DNA of 64,000 nucleotides. Origin: Zoogloea sp. (lineage in GTDB: Bacteria; Pseudomonadota; Gammaproteobacteria; Burkholderiales; Rhodocyclaceae). Both the position numbers and the translations under genes were made by a program. The stretch covers positions 50,142-114,141 of the forward strand of contig NZ_JAKLLN010000003.1 of the NCBI RefSeq assembly GCF_023150065.1, read 5' to 3'. Positions 59,242 through 64,000 of this stretch are shown one piece after another (position 1 is the first letter of the stretch; each line of letters opens with the position of its first letter). The notes under the pieces were generated by a model. It did no database searches, was not told the origin of the DNA, and worked only from the letters and a program-made list of their open reading frames with translations.

Positions 59242-60906
59242 TCAGTGGGCGCTGGCGTCAGCAGCACCAAAACCAGTCTGGGCACGCACGTACTGATCAT
59301 CAAACATGGCGCGCTCGGCATTCCCCTCGGGGCTGTTGTCCAGCTTCGAGAAGATGTAGGTCAGCAGGAAAGCCAGCGGCATGGAGAACAGGGCCGGCTG
59401 GTCGTACGGGAAGATCGCCTGGGCGTTGCCCAGCACAGTCACCCACACGGACTTGGAAAGCACCACCAGCAGCACGGCAGCAATCAGACCCGAGTAGCCA
59501 CCAATGATGGCGCCGCGGGTAGTCAGACCCTTCCAGTACATGGAGAGGATGAGCACCGGGAAGTTGGCGGACGCCGCGATACCGAAGGCCAGGGCGACCA
59601 TGAACGCCACGTTCATCTTCTCGAAGGCGATACCGAGAACGATGGCCACGAGGCCCAGGCCCACGGAGGCGAAGCGGGACACGCGCAGCTCTTCGGTCTC
59701 GGTGGCCTTGCCCTTGCGGATCACGCGGGCGTAGATGTCATGGGAGATGGCAGCCGCGCCAGCCAGGGCCAGACCGGACACCACCGCCAGGATGGTGGCG
59801 AAGGCCACGGCGGAGAGGAAACCCAGCAGCAGGTTGCCGCCCACGGCCTTGGCCAGGTGCATGGCGATCATGTTGCCGCCGCCGACGATCTTGCCGCCGA
59901 TCTGACCACCCTCGAAGAACTCGGGGTTCTGGCCGACGATGATGATGGCGGCGAAGCCCATCAGCAGGATCACGTTGAAGAAGTAGGCCACGAAACCGGA
60001 CGCGTACAGCACCGACTTGCGGGCTTCCTTGGCGTTGGTCACGGTGAAGAAGCGCATCAGGATGTGCGGCAGGCCGGCGGTACCGAACATCAGGCCAAGG
60101 CCCAGGGACAGGGCAGTGATGGGGTCCGGCAGCAGGGTGCCCGGGAACAGCAGCTTCTCGCCCAGGGAGTGCAGGGACACGGCCTGGCTCATCATCTTCT
60201 CGAAGCTGAAGCCGAACTGGGACATGGCCAGAACCGCCACCAGGGTGCCGCCCGCCAGCAGCATGCAGGCCTTGATGATCTGCACCCAGGTGGTGGCAAC
60301 CATGCCGCCAAAGGTGACATAGACCATCATCAGCGCGCCGACCACGAACAGGGCGATGTTGTAGTCCAGGCCGAACAGCAGCTTGATCAGCTGGCCGGCA
60401 CCGACCATCTGGGCCACCAGGTAGAAGCACACCACGGTGAGGGAGGACACCGCCGCCATCGTCCGCACCTTGCTCTGGTTGAGCCGGTAGGAGGTGATGT
60501 CGGCAAAGGTGAACTTGCCCAGGTTGCGCAGGCGCTCGGCCATCAGGAACAGGATGATGGGCCAGCCGGCGAAGAAGGCGATCATGTAGATGTAGCCATC
60601 GACGCCCTTGGTGTACACCAGCGCGGTGAGGCCCAGCAGGGTAGCGGCAGACATGTAGTCGCCGGCAATGGCCAGGCCGTTCTGGAAGCCGGTGATGCCG
60701 CCACCCGCGGTGTAGAAGTCGGACGCGGACTTGGTGCGGCCCGCGGCCCAGTAGGTGATGCCCAGGGTCATGGACACGAAGAGCACGAACATCCCGATGG
60801 CGTGCAGGTTCAGGGGCTGCTTCTCGGTGGCGGAAATCGCATCACCGGCGAAGGACAGGGCCGGCGCAAGCAGGGCCAGCAGGGCAACATTCAGACGTGC
60901 CAGCAT
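59242..60906 (-). CDS. actP: Cation/acetate symporter
   Basis: [41 protein letters not shown]; ATG overlaps DUF485 stop (TAATG). Confidence 0.93.
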   Translation of the reverse strand: MLARLNVALLALLAPALSFAGDAISATEKQPLNLHAIGMFVLFVSMTLGITYWAAGRTKSASDFYTAGGGITGFQNGLAIAGDYMSAATLLGLTALVYTKGVDGYIYMIAFFAGWPIILFLMAERLRNLGKFTFADITSYRLNQSKVRTMAAVSSLTVVCFYLVAQMVGAGQLIKLLFGLDYNIALFVVGALMMVYVTFGGMVATTWVQIIKACMLLAGGTLVAVLAMSQFGFSFEKMMSQAVSLHSLGEKLLFPGTLLPDPITALSLGLGLMFGTAGLPHILMRFFTVTNAKEARKSVLYASGFVAYFFNVILLMGFAAIIIVGQNPEFFEGGQIGGKIVGGGNMIAMHLAKAVGGNLLLGFLSAVAFATILAVVSGLALAGAAAISHDIYARVIRKGKATETEELRVSRFASVGLGLVAIVLGIAFEKMNVAFMVALAFGIAASANFPVLILSMYWKGLTTRGAIIGGYSGLIAAVLLVVLSKSVWVTVLGNAQAIFPYDQPALFSMPLAFLLTYIFSKLDNSPEGNAERAMFDDQYVRAQTGFGAADASAH

Positions 60907-61241
60907 TACTTCACCTCCTTGGATGCGTCGCGGATGATCTCGGTGGTGATGGCATCGAACTCGCCATTGGCGCGCTTGACGTACACGGCGGTGAGCACCC
61001 AGAAGAAGATGAACATGAACAGCTCGGCGGCGATGCCGACGGTCACGTAAGACCCTTCGGACAAACGCTGGCCGATGAGGTTGGGGTTGAAGGCCACCAC
61101 CATGAAGAAACCGTAGAAGATCGTCAGAACGATCACCGACAGCAGGGTGGCAAAGCCCTGGCGCTTCGACACCAGTTCGGCGAAGCGCGGGTTCTTGCGG
61201 ATACGGGCGTACACCGCATTCTGGCTTGCATTGGTCGACAT
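60906..61241 (-). CDS. DUF485 (YjcH-like) membrane protein
   Basis: [11 protein letters not shown], two TM segments, [10 protein letters not shown]; precedes actP. Confidence 0.92.
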   Translation of the reverse strand: MSTNASQNAVYARIRKNPRFAELVSKRQGFATLLSVIVLTIFYGFFMVVAFNPNLIGQRLSEGSYVTVGIAAELFMFIFFWVLTAVYVKRANGEFDAITTEIIRDASKEVK

Positions 61242-61476
61242 CTTTTCCCTCCCAAGAGAAAGTCAGTGAATTTGGCGCGATCTGCCTGTTGGTGTTTTTG
61301 GTGCGGCGATCGGTGGAGCTTTTTTTATGTGGTGCTTCCGGCGGGCGAAGTCGCGCCATTAACGACGCCCGGGCAGATGATATAGCATATAGAAGACTCC
61401 ATACTACAACGTACGGTGGCTTTTTGCGGTGCAGCAAGCACGCCCAAGCCACCTCCACCCAGGACGCACATCCCCC

Positions 61477-62259
61477 ATGCCCGGAGAAATTCTCTTCCAT
61501 CAGGACAACGGCATCGCCACCCTGAGCCTTTCCAACCCCGACAAGCTCAACGCCGTCGATGCCGGCATGTGGCGTGGCCTGCAGGCCCGGATGTCGGCCA
61601 TCAATGCCGATCCGGACGTACGCTGCGTGGTGCTGCGCGGCGCGGGTGACAAGGCCTTTGCGGCCGGGGGAGACATCGAGGAGTTCCTCACCGTGCGGGC
61701 CACGGTGGACGATGCGCTGCACTACCACGAGGACCTGGTGGCCGCCGCCCTGGACGCCGTGCGGGCCTGCCCGGTGCCCACGGTGGCGATGATCCAGGGG
61801 GCCTGCGTGGGGGGCGGGTTGGAGATCGCGGGCTGCTGCGACCTGCGCATCGCCGGCGAATCGAGCCGCTTCGGAGCCCCCATCAACAAGCTGGGCTTTT
61901 CCATGTATCCGGGGGAGATGGCCGGCCTGCTGGGCCTGGTGGGGCCGGCGGTGCTGCTGGAGATCCTGCTCGAGGGGCGCATCCTGGGTGCCCGGGAGGC
62001 CCTGGCCAAGGGCTTGCTGACCCGGGTGGTGGACGACGAGGAGGTGGAAAAGGAAGCGCTGGCCACCGCCCAGCGCATCCTCAAGGGCGCCCCTCTGGTG
62101 GCCCGCTGGCACAAGCAGTGGGTGCACCGCCTGATGGATGGCCGCCCGCTGACGGCCACCGAGAAGCGCGCCGCCTTCGACTTTCTCGCCACCGAGGACT
62201 ACGCCGAGGGCCTGGACGCCTTTCTCAACAAGCGGGCGCCGGCCTTCAAGGGGCGCTGA
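61477..62259 (+). CDS. Enoyl-CoA hydratase/crotonase family
   Basis: [40 protein letters not shown]. Confidence 0.92.
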   Translation: MPGEILFHQDNGIATLSLSNPDKLNAVDAGMWRGLQARMSAINADPDVRCVVLRGAGDKAFAAGGDIEEFLTVRATVDDALHYHEDLVAAALDAVRACPVPTVAMIQGACVGGGLEIAGCCDLRIAGESSRFGAPINKLGFSMYPGEMAGLLGLVGPAVLLEILLEGRILGAREALAKGLLTRVVDDEEVEKEALATAQRILKGAPLVARWHKQWVHRLMDGRPLTATEKRAAFDFLATEDYAEGLDAFLNKRAPAFKGR

Positions 62260-62265
62260 CGGAAC

Positions 62266-63075
62266 TCAGCCGCCCAGCACCGTGTGCAGCATCTTCAGGG
62301 ACAGCAGCACCAGCACGGCGGCGAAGATCTTCTTGAGCACCGCCACCGGCAGGCGATGGGCCAGCCGGGCGCCCACGGGCGCCAGAAAGGCCGACACCGA
62401 GCTCACCAGCACCAGGGCCGGCAGATTGACGAAGCCCACGGTCCACTCGGGCAGGCCCGCAGCGCCCCAGCCGTTGATCAGGTAGCCCAGCGCACCGGCC
62501 AGGGCGATGGGCAGGCCGATGGCCGCCGAGGTGCCGATGGCGTTCTGCATCTTGACGTTGCACCAGGTCATGAAGGGCACCGACAGGGACCCGCCACCAA
62601 TCGCCACCAGGGCCGAGATCACCCCGATCACGCCCCCCACGCCCGCCAGCCCCGCGCTGCCCGGCAGCGCGCGGGAGGGTTTGGGCTTGACGTTGAGGAT
62701 CATCTGCACCGCCACATAGGCCATGAAGCAGGCGAAGAAGATGGCCAGCGGAGCCGTGGCCACCCGGGACGCGATGAAGGTGCCACCGAAGGTACCCAGC
62801 AGCACCCCCGGGGTGATGCCCTTCACAATGTCCCAGCGCACTGCGCCGTGCTTGTGGTGGGCGCGCAGGCTGGAGATCGAGGTGATCACGATGGCCGCCA
62901 TCGAGGTGCCCAGGGCCACATGCACCAGATGCTCCCGGGGAAAACCCTGGGCAGCGAAAAGCGTGGTGAGCATGGGCACCATGATGCCTCCGCCCCCCAC
63001 GCCCATCAGTCCGGCAAAAAAGCCCACGAAGGCCCCCAGGGCCAGGTAGGCCACCAACCATTCAATACCCATCAC
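62266..63075 (-). CDS. TauE/SafE family transporter
   Basis: AGLMGVGGGGIMVP, ALGTS, AIGGG, AIGTSAA. Confidence 0.9.
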   Translation of the reverse strand: MMGIEWLVAYLALGAFVGFFAGLMGVGGGGIMVPMLTTLFAAQGFPREHLVHVALGTSMAAIVITSISSLRAHHKHGAVRWDIVKGITPGVLLGTFGGTFIASRVATAPLAIFFACFMAYVAVQMILNVKPKPSRALPGSAGLAGVGGVIGVISALVAIGGGSLSVPFMTWCNVKMQNAIGTSAAIGLPIALAGALGYLINGWGAAGLPEWTVGFVNLPALVLVSSVSAFLAPVGARLAHRLPVAVLKKIFAAVLVLLSLKMLHTVLGG

Positions 63076-63079
63076 ACTC

Positions 63080-63559
63080 TCAATTCAGCAGATCCGTCGC
63101 GCCGAGCAGCTGCCCGACGATGAAACGCCACTCGGCCGGCTCCACCGGGGTGATGGAGAGCCGGTTGCCGCGGGCCAGGACGCGCATGTTCTCCAGTTCC
63201 GGGTGGCGGCGCAATTCGGACAAACCCAGCAGCCGGGTCTTGCGCACGAAGGCCACATCCACATGCAGCCAGCGCGGCGTTTCGGGCGTGGCCTTGGGGT
63301 CGAAGTACTTGCTCGCCGGGTCGAACTGGGTGGCATCCGGATAGGCCGTGCTGGCCACCCGGGCAATACCGGCCACCCCGGGCTCGGCACAGCCGGAGTG
63401 GTAGAACAGTACGCCATCGCCCACCTGCATGGCGTCGCGCATGAAGTTGCGTGCCTGGTAATTGCGCACGCCATACCAGGGCACCGTCTGCTCCGGCCGC
63501 GCGGCCAGGTCATCGATGGAAACATCGTCGGGTTCGGACTTCATCAGCCAGTAGCGCAT
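63080..63559 (-). CDS. EVE domain protein
   Basis: YWLMKSEP, WYGVRNYQARNF, FYHS, RLSITPV. Confidence 0.93.
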   Translation of the reverse strand: MRYWLMKSEPDDVSIDDLAARPEQTVPWYGVRNYQARNFMRDAMQVGDGVLFYHSGCAEPGVAGIARVASTAYPDATQFDPASKYFDPKATPETPRWLHVDVAFVRKTRLLGLSELRRHPELENMRVLARGNRLSITPVEPAEWRFIVGQLLGATDLLN

Positions 63560-63710
63560 CGCCCTCTCCATTCAGGAACAGGATTGAAGCTGCCCGAAGG
63601 CCCCATCCTCACATCCGGATTGAGCCACAGGGCTGTTGAGGGCAAGATTCTGGCACACAACGGCGTGACCCTCCGACGCCCCCGCCTCGCCACCCGGAAA
63701 GCCCAAGCGC

Positions 63711-64000
63711 ATGGCCACAACCCTCCGCCCGCCCCGCCCAGACTCCTCCTTCCGGAAGTGGCTGCAGCACGCCCTCGCCTGTGTCTGCACCGCCCTGACC
63801 CTGGCCTTGCCCGTAACCGCAACGGCGGCGGATGAAGCCCCCACCCCGGCAGACCGAAGATCGGTGACGACCCCGGACGACGGCGAGGCCGACCTGGTCC
63901 TGATGAATCGCCACGTGGTCCGCTTTCGCAGCAGCCTGCTCGGATCTCCCGCGGCCCAGCGGGCCGAACGGGGCAAGCACAACCTCGACGTAATCCTGGC
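63711..64000 (+). CDS. 5' part of an exported/membrane protein, possibly a long MscS-family channel; truncated by window edge
   Basis: ATG 63711, signal peptide ending ATA, LVLMNRHVVRFRSSLLG; frame open to the end. Confidence 0.55.
   Translation, partial: MATTLRPPRPDSSFRKWLQHALACVCTALTLALPVTATAADEAPTPADRRSVTTPDDGEADLVLMNRHVVRFRSSLLGSPAAQRAERGKHNLDVIL

Noticed and set aside
61270-61360. Sigma54 promoters near actP and the crotonase (also 46092)
   Set aside because: GG-to-GC spacing is 8-9 nt, not the required 10.
59242-62127. 961-aa ORF as an extended ActP
   Set aside because: Only 59242-60906 is ActP; the rest overlaps DUF485 and is antisense to the crotonase.
63570-63650. tRNA-like or 6S RNA upstream of EVE
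   Set aside because: No canonical 7-nt T loop, anticodon arm, acceptor stem or CCA; no 6S signature and no zapA next to it.
1-64000. CRISPR array, rRNA, tRNA or IS transposase
   Set aside because: No regularly spaced repeats, RNA gene signatures or transposase motifs seen by eye; small or degenerate elements could have been missed.

Overview
GC-rich betaproteobacterial chromosome segment; gene order and protein types suggest Rhodocyclales (inference). Positions 1-~3335 are one end of an integrative element inserted at the 3' end of yicC, carrying a P4-like tyrosine integrase, att-type repeats and a HipB/HipA-like toxin-antitoxin pair; it probably continues past the left edge. The rest is mostly core genome: yicC, Ser/Thr kinase-PP2C-rph-rdgB-hemW, a GNAT and an orphan m6A DNA methyltransferase, gshAB-apbE-PTS (EIIA/HPr/EI), a SAM-II riboswitch with metXW, DyP, RNase HI-like, rapZ-NusG-II-Gx, frmAB, two tandem kappa-GST/HCCA isomerases, LiuR-like regulator, phaC, mscS, ald, dsbA, argS, ubiB, an FlgO lipoprotein pair, yegD, an SBP-diguanylate cyclase pair, the mutase-meaB-pccBA operon with its GntR regulator, actP, TauE and EVE. 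Most notable: an arginase-ornithine aminotransferase fusion, a GNAT-beta-carbonic anhydrase fusion, EetA/EetB/FmnB-like flavinylation parts in a Gram-negative host, an orphan HP0910-like methyltransferase whose predicted GTNNAC site occurs twice in the LiuR operator, a SAM-II aptamer followed by an intrinsic terminator, and an SDR gene lacking a canonical start codon. No CRISPR array, rRNA or tRNA was found. All calls come from motif recognition by eye; no searches were run.
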